A stretch of 64,000 nucleotides of DNA, taken from Mobula hypostoma. Its lineage: Eukaryota. Shown here piece by piece: positions 1 to 12,150 of this stretch. Made by a program: the position numbers and the translations under genes. Below the pieces are notes generated by a model that was given only the letters and a program-made list of their open reading frames with translations, was not told the DNA's origin and searched no databases. The stretch spans positions 127,598,001-127,662,000 of the forward strand of contig NC_086097.1 in the NCBI RefSeq assembly GCF_963921235.1, in the 5' to 3' direction. Each line of letters starts with the position of its first letter. Position 1 is the first letter of the stretch.

Positions 1-125
1 GGGATGCGGGAGGAACAAGGAGCACCCAGAAAGCAAAGCAGGAAGGAATTGCAAGCTCCTCATGGACAGGAACCGAGGTCAGGATTGAACCTGGTCTCAG
101 GTGTTGTGAGCCCGGGGCTCTACAA
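1..125 (-). mobile_element. V-SINE-like tRNA-derived SINE fragment
   Basis: GGGAGGAACAAGGAGCACCCAGAAAG resembles the reverse complement of the V-SINE central domain (GGGAGGAAACCGGAGCACCCGGAGG). It is followed by GGATTGAACC, a reverse B box. Confidence 0.6.
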
Positions 126-574
126 TCTGCACGTCTGTGCTTCCTCCCCTCAGGATGTTCGAAGTTAGGGGCTGGTCTGTCCTGTGCCAATTTGTTCCCA
201 ACTTCTGCAATCCTTGCTGTTGGCCTGGATGTCACAGGTGATAGGACAGTGGTTCTTGTGAAATGTACAGCATACGGAAAATGAGCCTGAGCAATAACAA
301 CCCTTTTAAGTGGCATTGCTTTCAGGATTGTGGCATGTTCTCTGTTTGTAGTAATATACTGTATGTTGTGCAGTGTTCCGGAGATTCTGACCGAGATAGC
401 CACAACAGAAGATTGGGCTCCCATAACAGGCTTTTCTTTTATTTAATAAAATGCCCAGGTTGTTAGTTTAAATTGGTATTGGTATTGGCATATTTTTGTC
501 ATGTGTCTCATCCAGACAGATCATGCCATACGTAATTATATCGAGATAGTGAAAGATAAATCAAATGCAGAATA

Positions 575-1642
575 TTCAAGAATCAATACTCGAGATTCAG
601 GATTGTTTAATGTCATTTCCTGTACTGTACACAAGTTGTTCATCCAGTTCTGATGCAGCACAAAAGAAAATACAATAAGCTAATTAACATAATAATAAAA
701 ATCAGCAATAAATTTAAATACACAAGATGGTTCTCCATAGATGCTGCCTGGTCTGCTGAGCTCCCCCAGCATTTTGTGTGTGTTGGTTGGTTTATATACG
801 TAGATTTCGTACGTTCAGAAGGTGATGCTCGGCACAAAAGGGTCTGTACATAAGGTGACTCTGACAGGAGATGATAAAGTAGATGTGGTTGGGGGTGTGG
901 AGCAGTGGGTTAGTGGGTGGAGGGGTGGATTAGCCTTATAGCTTGGGGAAAGTAACTTTATTTGAGTCTGGTGTTTCTGGTGTTGATGCTATTTAGCCTC
1001 CTCCCTGATGGGAGTGGGACAAGCAGTCTATGAGCAGGGTGGGTGGGGTCCTGCATGATGTTGTGGGCCATTATCCAGCATTTTTTCTGGTCCTTGATAG
1101 TGAGTAGGCTGGTGCTGGTGATACATTGGACAGCTTTGACTACCCATTACAGAGACTTGCTTTACACCGTATCAAACAGTGATGCAGCATGTTAGGATGC
1201 TCTCTACCATGAATCTGTAGAATGACATGTGCATAAACGTGCATTGTACACCTCTCTTCAGCCTTCTCAGAAAGTAGAGGCATTGGTGAACTTTCCTGTT
1301 TCTGTAGAATATGATCCAGGACCAAGAAAGGTTATGCAAGATGCGCACTCCCAGGAGCTTGAAACAGCTTGCAGTTTCCATCTTTGCACTACCGATGTAA
1401 AGAGGGATATGGGTGATGCAAGTTTTCCTGAAGATAATAACCATCCCCTTTGTCTCGCTTACATTGAGGAAGATGGGTATTTACCTGGCACCTGGCCTCG
1501 AGCTCTTCCACCTCCTCTCTGTAGGCCTTCTTATCCACTGCTATCATGTCATTGGCAAACTTGACAATGTAATTACTTGCGTGTTTGGCCGTGCAGTCAT
1601 GTGCCATCAGAATGCACAGGAGTGGGCTCAGCACACAGCCTG
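575..1642 (-). mobile_element. Rex1/Babar-clade LINE, 5'-truncated and decayed (RT C-terminus + 3' UTR)
   Basis: Minus-strand peptides GCVLSPLL, HDCTAKHASNYIVKFANDM, AYREEVEEL, FKLLGVRI, CLYFLRRLKR and FYRFMVESILTCCITV are typical of Rex1 RT. There are several frameshifts. A short Penelope-tail piece sits at ~736-785. Confidence 0.8.
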
Positions 1643-1701
1643 ATTGGGAAGGAGGAGCTGTGGTACATCCTGACTAACTGACGTTGGTTAGTTAGGAATA
1701 C

Positions 1702-1938
1702 TATTATGTTCAGTAACTCCAAAACATAGAACTCATCGAAAGAGAAACACGGGAGCACTGGGATAACATGTACTCTCCATTTTTACTTTAGTGAAGCATA
1801 CGATTACGATGTGGTGACATGATGATGTATGCCATTCACGTGCTTTTACATGAAACCTGTAATGATTTATGTAAGTAACAAAGAATGCTCAATAAAACAG
1901 TATATTTACAATATTACGCAAATATTAAATACACAACA
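1702..1938 (-). mobile_element. Solo LTR of the Mag-like Gypsy family also present at 36.7-41.1 kb and 61.6-64 kb
   Basis: Colinear similarity with 40874-41114 (ACAAAGAATGCT..., AATATTAAATACAC). Ends ...ACACAACA. Flanked by ATAC/ATTC, a probable 4-bp TSD with one mismatch. Confidence 0.75.
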
Positions 1939-2220
1939 ATTCAGAGTTGAAGTTATAGAGAAAGTGCACTGCAGTTAGGCTAATGAAGTGCCAGGACAAC
2001 GGTGAGGTAGATTGGGAGATCAAAAAAGTTACCTTTAGCGTATGAAATTCCAGACACATCTCAAAAGAGAAAGTTTTCTGCAGAATGCCCTCCAAAACTG
2101 GGCCAGTGACTTTGTCCAATGATTTAGTGGATGCACTAACCTCCAATAAAATAACAGATAGCATCTTAGTCATTCACTCCCAGATATTTGCAATCATATC
2201 GGTGCAAGCCAATTCCTTCG

Positions 2221-2500
2221 GGTGTCACAGTAGCGTAGTGGTTAGCGCAATGCTGTTCTGACTAGGGTGGCATAGTCCAGAGTTCAATTCCAGCATCGTC
2301 TGTAAGGAGTTTGTACTTTCTCACTATGACTGTATGGGTTTCCTCCGGGTTCTCTGCTTTCCCCCCCACTGTTTAGTAGGTTAATTGGTCATCGTAAATT
2401 GTCCTGAGATTAGGCTAGATTTAAATAGGTGGGTTGCTGTGGTGAGGCTTGTTAGGCCAGAAGTACCTGTTTTGTGTTGTATCTCCAAATAAAATATAAA
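2221..2500 (+). mobile_element. V-SINE (tRNA-derived)
   Basis: A-box TAGCGTAGTGG, B-box AGTTCAATTCC, V-domain TGGGTTTCCTCCGGGT..., LINE-like tail ending in AAATAAAAT. Confidence 0.8.
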
Positions 2501-3709
2501 ATAAGTAAGTGAAGGGTTTGGCCATGAGTCTCATTATGGCTTTATGAGCCTCAGTGTCCATTCCTGTGAAAGGATAAATAATCATTCCAGGGCATGGATT
2601 AAAATTGGCCTGTGTATTCCAAGAACAGTTTACAGGATCATGGAGAAAAGAACTGTTTTGAACTCACAACATTTGCACTTGGTTCCATATTTCCATTGGT
2701 GTAGCAAGCACAAACAAGTATTTATATTCGGAATGTTTTAAAATATTGAACGTAAGCCAATATAAGTCATAGACAGGTACACCAAAACTGAAAAGAGTTG
2801 AATGTAACCATTTACACATTATATAAATTAACAGGAGGTTAATTCAGTGATAATACTGCTGATATACATCCCTCCTGGCATTTATTTTTGCTCTCAGATA
2901 CTGTGTACCTGTGCCAGATTTAAATTCACTCCACTGATTTTTATACCTTTTTAAAAAGAATTTCCCCTATGTGCTTTTGTGGAGCCATCTAGAAATTTTA
3001 CTAAAGAATTTGAAATAGAACGACAAATTGTTGTATCAAACTGGTTATAGCTGAACTCTCAAGATTTCTGTTAGGACCAATTCTTGCTCAGTGCCAAAAA
3101 TGCTTCACTTCATCCTAAACACTAGCTTTTAATGTTTGCTTCAGTGGACTCCACACGTTTAGTATATCTGCTGAACCTTGGTCTTCTGGGAGTGATTGAA
3201 AGGTCACATTCTAATGGAATACATCAAAATGATGTCCTGAACTCCATGAGAACAGAAGAGTTTCCATTTTTCATGCCCCTGGTGTGGAGATTTTCCCTTC
3301 TAATACTTTTGTTTAAATGCAGCTTGCCAGCACCTGAAAGACAATTCATCTCTGGCCTGTTCTGCTGCACAGCAGTGTCAATGCATTTGATCCTGCTACT
3401 GAAATTCATTCTAATGATACACGCTGCTACATGCAGTGTTTCACCCTATTGACTGTCGATGAACTTCTCGATGATTATCTGGTGCTAAGTCACTGATGGC
3501 AGAGTTGGCCCCCTATGTGTTAGCCATGTGATCATTCCAATACCAGCATTCATAGTCACAGCTGAACAAAAGCAATAAATGTGTTGCAACATGAAAGCAG
3601 GTAAACAAGTAAAACTTCAATAACCAGTTTTCCAGCTCTTCAGAAACCCCTATTTGTCATCTGCCTCCTTGGATGATGTTCTGTCTGTCAGGGAATTGCT
3701 TTATATTTC

Positions 3710-4430
3710 CCCATTCACTGGGGCTCTGTTTCCCACCGTCCCCTTCCATTCACTGGGGTTCCAGTTACCATTGTAACTCTCGATTCGGCCAGCGGCTTAA
3801 TCTAGGGGATGATAGCCCCTCGGCCCAGCCAAACTTAAGAAATCTCATTTGGGTGGATGCTGTGTGATGTGTGTCCCCTGTTACAAATCAGTACCAAAAA
3901 ATAACAAACAGTACACAATATGTGATTAAATGATTGAGCTTTATAATTCTTAGTTTGACTATATGGTTAGTAAAGAAATAAAAAAAGAAAAATGGCCCAT
4001 TCTCATGAAACAGTCTAACACACATTGTTGGAGCTCACTGATAAGGCCGTTCGTCCACCATCGACCTCCTCTGATCATCACTGACCTTCGGATCCTCACT
4101 CCAAGTCCACTCCGTCCAGTGTCTACTAACTCTCTCCATTCGCGTCTTCTCTCCTCATCTCTCCCTGGCAAAAGACCCGCAAATTCCCGGCTCCCAGACG
4201 CACAAGAAAGAACAACATCCCGCTCATTGGCTAACATGCCCCGTTATCTCTAGTCATAACCCAAACATTGCTGCTACAGAGAAACCATTACCACAGCAGT
4301 GGAACATTACAGAGAGGCCATTACATTAGCCTTAGCAGTGAAACATTACAGCGTGTTACACTATCTTCCCCTTGCATTCATTGGGGTTCCATTTACCATC
4401 TTCCCCTCCCACTCCCTGTGGCTCCAGTTC
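3710..4430. repeat. Short ~35-bp tandem repeat (CATTCACTGGGGTTCCAGTTACCATCTTCCCC-like), 3-4 degenerate units, interrupted by the solo LTR
   Basis: Units visible at ~3712, ~3747, ~4375 and ~4410. Confidence 0.6.
3772..4360. mobile_element. Solo LTR (589 bp), family not identified
   Basis: Termini TGTAAC...GTTACA form a perfect 6-bp inverted repeat. Flanked by CCAT/CTAT. Removing it restores one unit of the surrounding ~35-bp tandem repeat. Confidence 0.75.
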
Positions 4431-4450
4431 TCACTCACCTCACCCACTCA

Positions 4451-4595
4451 ACCCACACAAAATGCTGGAGGACTCCTACCGAAGGGTTTCGCCTCAAAAT
4501 GTTGGCTGTACTCTTTTCCTAGATGCTGCCTGGCCTGCTGAGTTCCTCCAGCATTTTGTGTGTATTGCTCGGATTTCCAGCACCTACAGATTGTG
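4451..4595 (+). mobile_element. Penelope-like pseudo-LTR fragment with inverted 5' piece and decayed hammerhead
   Basis: CACACAAAATGCTGGAGGA is inverted against TCCTCCAGCATTTTGTGTG. The body matches the tail of the GIY-YIG element at 5222-5915. Confidence 0.65.
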
Positions 4596-5221
4596 GTGGA
4601 ATTACTCCTCATCCACTCACTGGGACTCCAGATCCCTCTAAAGCTTCCTGATTTACTGGGAGAATTTTTATAATGTTGCAAAAAATCTAAAGAAAACATG
4701 AATGAAAATTGTGTTGAGGTATTAATGTGAATAACATTCGATAATCTTGAAAATTTGCTAATCTGGCACCACCAAGGTACCCCAGGTTACAGATTATCAT
4801 CTGAGTTTTAATGTAATTTGTAAACCAGGCCATAAATCCAATTAGGTTGACTGCTTGTAATATGATGAATGACAAATACATGAACGTAGAAGTTAGTCAT
4901 AAGAGTTAGCCATCCATCATTTCACTGCTTTGCCACTCAGTTGATCATGGCAGATCCCATTCTATGATCAGCTCTGTATTCCACTCTACCTGTCATTAGC
5001 GTTCATCTCCTCGCCTATCAATTACCTCTATCACTATCTTAAAAACATTCAAAAACCCTTGCGTTCCTCATTCTTTTGAGGAAAGGGGTCAGAGATGCAT
5101 GACCCCCCTGAAAGAGTGGGAAAAACCACCTCATTTTCAATTAACTGGGTGCATCCTAATCTACGCAGTAACCTTTCATTGTAGATTCTGCCACAATAGG
5201 AAACTAGCACACTTGAGATCT

Positions 5222-5915
5222 TCACAAACATGAGGAAATCTGCAGATGCTAGAATTTCAAGCAACACACATAAAAATTGCTGGTGAACGCAGCAGTCCAG
5301 GCAGTTTCTCTAGGAAGAGGTACAGTCAACGTTACGGGCCGAGACCCTTCATCAGGACTAACTGAAGGAAGAGCTAGTAAGAGATTTGTAAGTGGGAGGG
5401 GGATGAGGAGATCCAAAATGATAGGAGAAGACAGGAGGGGGAGGGATGGAGCCAAGAGCTGGACAGGTGATTGGCAAAGGGGATATGAGAGGACCATGGG
5501 ACAGGAGGCCCAGGGATAAGGAAAAGGGGGAGTGGGGGAAAACCCAGAGGATGGGCAAGGGGTATAGTCAGAGGGACAGAGGGAGAAAAGAGAGAGTGAG
5601 AGAAAGAATGTGTGTATATAAATAAATAACGGATGGGGTACGAGGGGGAGGTGGGGCATTAGCGGAAGTTAGAGAAGTCAATGTTCATGCCATCATGTTG
5701 GAGGCTACCCAGACAGAATATAAGGTGTTGTTCCTCCAACCTGAGTGTGGCTTCATCTTTACAATAGAGGAGGCCGTGGATAGACATGTCAGAATAGGAA
5801 TGGGATGTGGAATTAAAATGTGTGGCCACTGGGAGATCCTGCTTTCTCTGGCGGACAGAGCGTAGATGTTCAGCGAAACGATCTCCCAGTCTGCATCGGG
5901 TCTCTCCAATATATA
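5222..5915 (-). mobile_element. Penelope-like retroelement 3' portion: GIY-YIG endonuclease C-terminus + pseudo-LTR
   Basis: ORF 5659-5961 reads VYIGETRCRLGDRFAEHL...PVATHFN...EATLRLEEQHLIFCLGSLQHDGMN, with the YIG, R, H, E and N of GIY-YIG. A pyrimidine-rich tract and a hammerhead-bearing tail follow. Confidence 0.9.
5324..5359 (-). ncRNA. Minimal type-I hammerhead ribozyme motif (one core substitution)
   Basis: Minus strand reads AGUC-CUGAUGA-A-GGG(UCUCGG)CCC-GUAA-CG-UU-GACU. Stems I and II are intact. GAAA is changed to GUAA. Confidence 0.75.
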
Positions 5916-8900
5916 CATCTACATCTCCTCTACATCTCAGAGCTCTGCAATTTCTCACCAAAATGTGCTTTCTATTTAATTTTCTTTACAAAATAGGCAA
6001 CTTTACATTTTCCCACTTTGAACCCTATTTGACAAGTTTTTGCTTTCTCAGTCCATAGCCCTTTGCACCACCTTATGTCGTCTCACAGCTTTCTTTCCCA
6101 CCTTTGCGTCAACAGCAAATTCAGCAACTATGGATTGAGTGACTCCACTAATTATCATCAAGTTAGGTATTTCTCGTCCCATGTAGCTTTAATCACATAT
6201 TCTCTGCTTTCTGACTGTTCAAAATCTTGTGGAGTATAGCAGGTGGAGTCCACTTGTAACCTGAGAGAGGATGTGACAGGTGTTTAGAGTCATGAAGGGT
6301 ACAGTAGACATTGGAAATTGTTTGCACAGGGATTGAAGTTAATTGGGAAAAGAACCAAAAGTGGTGTGAAGTTTCTTTTGACACCATGAAAGTTTAGGAT
6401 CTGGGTGACTGCAGTGGAGACAGATTTATCGGTAGTATTTAAAAGGGAGCTGAAAGGAAATAACCCTTAGGGCTATGGGCAAAGGGTATATAGAGAAACA
6501 AGCTTCATCACCATTAACAGGTTAAATGGCCTCTTTGTGATTTTGTGATATCTTCTGGGATGGGACCTTTATGAAGCAGTAACAAGAATGCATTCTCTTT
6601 TATTTATATACTGCCTGTCACAACCTGAGCACTCCCCAATTCTCTTTATTGTAAACAGAGTTCTCTTTGAAGAGCGGTCAGTTAATGCACAACAGGGTCC
6701 CACCAATAAAAGTATGGCAGTGACTAGATTAATGTTGGACTAATGAGGGTCAACATGGTTTAGTGGGCCGAAAGGCCAGTTTCAGTGCTGTATCTTTTTT
6801 TGATTACTGACCCAAAGTGCCAGCATGGATTATGTCCTCAAATCTCTGGCCTGAGGTTTGAAGAACAGACAGGACCTGGAGAAGTTGAGGTTATGAATGG
6901 GTCCATGCTGTGTTGTAGTTAACACAGCATGTTACCTGGGTACAATCCTGACCTCTGTGTAGAGTCTGCAGGTTTATGCATAGATTTCACTTGGTTTCTT
7001 TAGACAACACAAGGACATTGGTTGGACATTGCAAATTGCTGCTGGTGTGGTAGAATCTGGAGGGAAATGATTAGGAATGTGTGGAGAATAAAATGGGATT
7101 AATGAAGGATTGAGGAAAAATGAGGGCTTTATGGTCAATGTGGTCTTAATCCTGTTTCTGTACTCTGTGGTTCTGAGCCATTATAAATATCTCTTTGTTC
7201 CTCGGGCTAGCTTTGGTGTGGTGGTAACAGATCCTGGAGTGAGTCAGCTTTGGTGAGACAGCAGCCCAAGAGAGAGCAGATTAGAATGAAGTATGATGAA
7301 ATCTTCCTACTTAAAGCTACAGTTTTACAATGTTCCTGGCAGAAATCTAGAGATGCTAAAAATTCTTTGAACCAATGCAACATCAGGAATCATATTGCTG
7401 GAAAATGCAGGATCTTAATGGAGAATCTGGATGGATTGTACATCACTCCCAAACACCTCTTTACCTTCCACACTCCTGGATGGTCACATCATTCTTTTTT
7501 CCTTGTTAAAAGGTATAGCTTTATGACACAGCGTCTACATTGAGTGCATCCAGGGAATTCAGATATTCAATATAATCACAGAGAAGATGCATTATCTAAC
7601 TCCATGCTGAAATGGGAGGCACTCCATAATACACTGTCACTTCCATTTACCTGTTATTTGCTCTGTGTACCTTCTTTGTTATTTTACCCAAGACTGTTTC
7701 TGAAACACTGACTGAGATGCTTCAGAAGGCTTCTCTGGTGAAGCTTGTGCCATATTCTATTGAATGCTGGTGGATTTTTTTGTGCCATATCAAAAGGCAC
7801 TACACACCACCCAATAGCCCCCAGCCATCTTTCTGATTTACGATGTCTTTAACAAAGACACCGGTGGATAAAGGGTCAACACTCCACCGTTGGTGTCGTT
7901 GCTATTCAAGAAGGAGAGGGGAGGAATGGTATACTAAGACACTGAGACTTACCAGGGTAATTTCAAGCCTTGTGAGTCGATGGTTCCTTTATCAATATGT
8001 AAATCTTATTATATCACAGCTTAAATGAGTCACAGTTCAGAGAGGAAAGAAGGGAGAAACAAAGGAAAACAAGAAAGAGAAAACGAAATATGTTTTTCAT
8101 GAAGTATCATTCAACCATTGTTGCACAGGAAATTTGCGCATAGGAAGATTCCATAAGCATCAAAATGATAATATCCTAGATTTTCTTTTTGTTGCATTGG
8201 TTATGAGAGAAATATAAAGAATGCTCGTATCTAAGCAGCACTTGACACATCTGTAGGAACCATGGAATGATCTGACAGATAATGAAGCATTACTGAAGTG
8301 TAGACCGTTTTAGTATGGAACATGCTGCAGCCAATTAGCACACAACAAACTTTCACAGTTTTAATTGGCAGTTTTCTTATTTTAAGACTATGATCCCAAG
8401 CTCTACATTCTGCCTGAGGAAATAGCCTTTCAGCATCTAACTTGTAACATCTCTCAGCATTACATATTGCCTAATAAGCACTTCAAATTCTTACAAACAC
8501 CCAAATAACTTTAGCTCACATGTAATCTTGTGTACTTGCAGATTGCCAACACTTTTCTATCTCCCTTTAGGAATGAAGAACAAGAATGCAGGTAATGACT
8601 CAAATGACAAAATTTCCCTGCCATCTTGCAAGACTTCCTTGCTTATATACTCCAAATTCCTTACACAGAAACGCGAGCACTAAACACCTTCCAAAAAGCG
8701 TGCAGGACATACATGTTTACAGTCTGCATCTAATAAATCTGCAAACTGAAACTATTCAATGCAACATTATTTACAGATTTTCTCAAATAAAAAATAATTC
8801 TATTTATTATTTCTTCCTAACAAATTGCCAAGCTTTATTCTCCATTTGCCATTTTGTTGTGTTCCCTTCAAAGTTGACTTAAACAACGAGCCTTGATTTA

Positions 8901-9069
8901 TGGGAGGTTGTGAACTAGTTGTGTTTTATCTTTTCATTCAAGTCAATCGTACATATGGCTATGGGCCCAGATTTGATCCCTACGATGCCCAGTGCATTCA
9001 CTGAATGTATTCACGATTGCTTTTATTCACAGATTTAAGAAAATCTCAATCGATGCCCATTTTACAAGT

Positions 9070-10620
9070 TGAAGTTTGCCGATGACACCGCTGTCATTGC
9101 CAGAATCAAAGGTGGTGATGAATCGACATAGAACAGGGAGATTGAAAATCTGGTCGAGTGGTGCCACAACAACAACCTCTCACTCAGTGCCAGCAAAGCA
9201 AAAGAGCTGATAATTGACTACAGGAGGAAGAAACCAGAAGTCCATGAGCCGGTCCTCCTGAGGGGAATGGAGATGGAGGGGTTCAGCAAATTCAAATTCC
9301 TGGGTGTTATTGTTTCAGAGGATCTGTCTTGGGACCAGCATGGAAGTGCCATTTCAAAGAAGGCATGGCAGTGCCTTTACTTTCTAAGAAATTTGCACAG
9401 ATTTGGCATGTCATCTATAACTTCTATAGATGCACAGTGGAGGGCATCCTGAGTACTTTGGTTATAACATGGTCTGATATGGAAACATCAAAGCCCAAGA
9501 ATGGAAAAGCCAACAAAAAGTGGTGGATAGAGTCCTCCCCAGCATCGAGCACATCAACAAGGGGCGCTGCCACAAGAAAGTAGTATCCGTCATCAAGGAC
9601 TTCCAGGTCATGTAGTCTTCTCACTGGTGCCATCGGGAAGGAGGTACAGGAGCCTTAGGTCACACACTGCCCAATTCAGGAACAGTTATTACCATTCAAC
9701 CATCAGGCTCTTGAACCAGTGTGAAAAGCTTCACTCACTTCAACACAGAACTTTCTTTTTCAATCTTCTTATTAGTTTCATAAAATATAAACATAACATA
9801 GCAATAATACAAGTAGTTGGAGATACATCGTTGTACTTAAAATGAGTAATTATAAAACCAAATAGTATAAATTGACAGAACTCCCAATCGTGTAAGATAA
9901 CAATGAATAATACAGAACAAAAAAAAATCGGAGAAAAATCATGAAAAAGAAAAAAAAATAGAAAAAAAACAAAAACAAACCCCATCCCAAAAGAAAAACT
10001 AAACTAAAAAGACTTGGGTAATTCTAACAACGTAAAAATGGAAGAGAAGTAAACCTTAGTGTCGATGACTCCGTTCCTCTCAACCAACAGCACAGAGAAG
10101 TAAAATAAGTTTGGAAATGGTCAAATTACATCATATGAAAATGCTGAATGAATGGCCTCCAAGTTTTTTCTAATTTAATGGAAGGGTCATAAACCACACT
10201 TCTAATTTTTTCCAAATTCAAACCAACATAGTTTGTGAAAAGCAATGAAATACAGTAGGAGGGTTAATCTCTTTCCAATTCAGCAAAATGGATCTTCTAG
10301 CCATTAAAATAAGAAATGCAATCATCCGGTGTGCTGAAGAGATTAAATAATCCTCTTCAACACAGAACTGATTCCACAACCTATGGACTCACTTTCAAGG
10401 ACTTGGCAACTCATGTTCTCAGTATCATTTATTTGTTTATTTTTGCATTTGCACGGTTTGTCTTCTTTTGCACATTGGTTGTCAGTCTTTGTGCACCGTT
10501 TTTCATTGATTATATTGTATTTCCCTGTTTTACTGCGAATATCTGCAAGGAAATGAATCTCAGGGTAGTATATGATGACATATATATACTTTGATAATAA
10601 ATTTGCTTTGAACTTTGAAT
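9070..10620 (+). mobile_element. Rex1/Babar LINE 3' fragment, split by an L1 insertion
   Basis: KFADDT, WCHNNNLSL, FKFLGVIVSEDLSW, CLYFLRNL and PSGRRYRSL are present. The 3' tail resumes at 10355 and ends in TTTGAACTTTGA. Confidence 0.85.
9753..10354 (-). mobile_element. L1-clade LINE, 5'-truncated (ORF2 C-terminus + 3' UTR + A-tail)
   Basis: Perfect 15-bp TSD CTTCAACACAGAACT (9738-9752 / 10355-10369). The minus strand encodes MARRSILLNWKEINPP...LEKIR...KTWRPFIQHF, typical of the fish-type L1 ORF2 end. A T-run lies at the left junction. Confidence 0.85.
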
Positions 10621-11029
10621 TTTAGAACAAAGGTAGATGCAATTGACTTCCAGGTGCATTAATAGATCAAAGTTGTCTGTTCTACAGTAGGATCTTAATG
10701 CGTCAGTCAGTATCGGAGGACTTTTGATATTTTGGGTCGAGACCCTTGAGGATCTTGACCTGAAATGTTAACTGTCCATTTCTCTCCACGTAGCCATGGA
10801 TTCATAGACCAATACATCATGGAAACAAGCCCTTGAGCCTAATGTATCCATTCATACTCAGATGCCCTCCCCAGAACACTCCCCTCGTTATCCCCTTTTT
10901 TAAAAAAAACTATTTATTTATTTTAGTAATTTATAGTAATTTTATTGCTTTGCATGGCACTGCTGCTGCAAAGCAAGACATTTCAATTCCTATAAATCAG
11001 TGATAATGGTTCTGATTCTGATTCTGACC

Positions 11030-11205
11030 CCCACTCACCAATGAAAAAAGTCCTAATCTGCCCATCCTCTTCCAGTAACTCAGTTTCTCAAGTCTTGGCA
11101 GCATTCTCACAAGTCTTCCTTTCATTCTTTCCAGCTTAATAACATCACCCCTATGAAAGCACACCTGAATCTGTGCACAATACTCCAGGTGCAGCCTTAC
11201 CATTA
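11030..11205 (-). mobile_element. Old CR1 LINE fragment (RT C-terminus)
   Basis: VRLHLEYCAQ...KLERMKGRLVRMLPRLEKLSYWKRMGRLGLFSL. Confidence 0.7.
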
Positions 11206-11689
11206 ATAGCACAGCAGATATTACATTAACACATCCCAAATAAACTGGAGGATATTCTCATATAAAACCCCATTTTCATCCACTCCAGTTGAAATACTAT
11301 TTTTCAGTTCAATTATCATGTGAGATCAGAAGGGGTGAGTTCCATCCCAAGATCGTTTCAGAGCGTGTCAGGTACCTCAAGATGTTTGACACCCTCCCAA
11401 AAGCAGAGATTTCAATAATAAACCCAATTTATTACCAAATATGAATTGCCTGTCATTTCTTGATGGTAGGTTGTGATTGAATGCTGCACACGAGTATTTT
11501 CTGCTGAATTGCAAGTTAGTAAATATTGTATGCAACTGTGGCACATGTCCACTGTAAATAATCCAATGTTTCCACCTATAGCAAAGAAGTTAAAGTTTGG
11601 ATTTTGGTTTGATTGCTCCAAAAATCAAATTCTTTAATTCCTTCGCTTTCACCACACCCTCACTCATGTGACGAGCTACCATAATAAAC

Positions 11690-12150
11690 TGTCAGGACAC
11701 TGGAGCAGGGATCCAATTGCAGACCCAGTACTGTGCACACAGTGATATTAATTGAGTAACAAATCCCAAGGTGCAAACAAAGTCAGCGTCAAAGTTCAGG
11801 TAGAGATCAAAACATTCAGAGAAATCTGAAAACCAGAATTGGGAAACAGGCAGAGTTGATATTCAGATGGACAGAGTGCAGATACAAATGCTGGAAAGGC
11901 TCAGGAAAATTCACTGGCACAATCTGGCAACAAACAGGTGAAAACACAGGACTAAACTACACTGAGCATAAACAGAGAGGCAGATGATAGGTGGAGGACA
12001 ATGAGACACAGGTGGCAGCAATGCAAAACCACAGACTGATGGCTAGGGGGGAAACACACAAAACGACAAAGTTCAGCTGGAGGTACTGAAATAAACATAG
12101 TAAATGGGCAACACAGAATACAAAGCAGATGGAGAACAAATACAGTACAT
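11690..12150 (-). mobile_element. Probable Gypsy-type LTR remnant
   Basis: Begins TGTCAGGAC on the plus strand, and its motif layout (GGATCCAATTGCAGAC, CAGGCAGAG repeats, CAGGTG repeats) resembles fish Gypsy LTRs. Right end and TSD not resolved. Confidence 0.4.
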
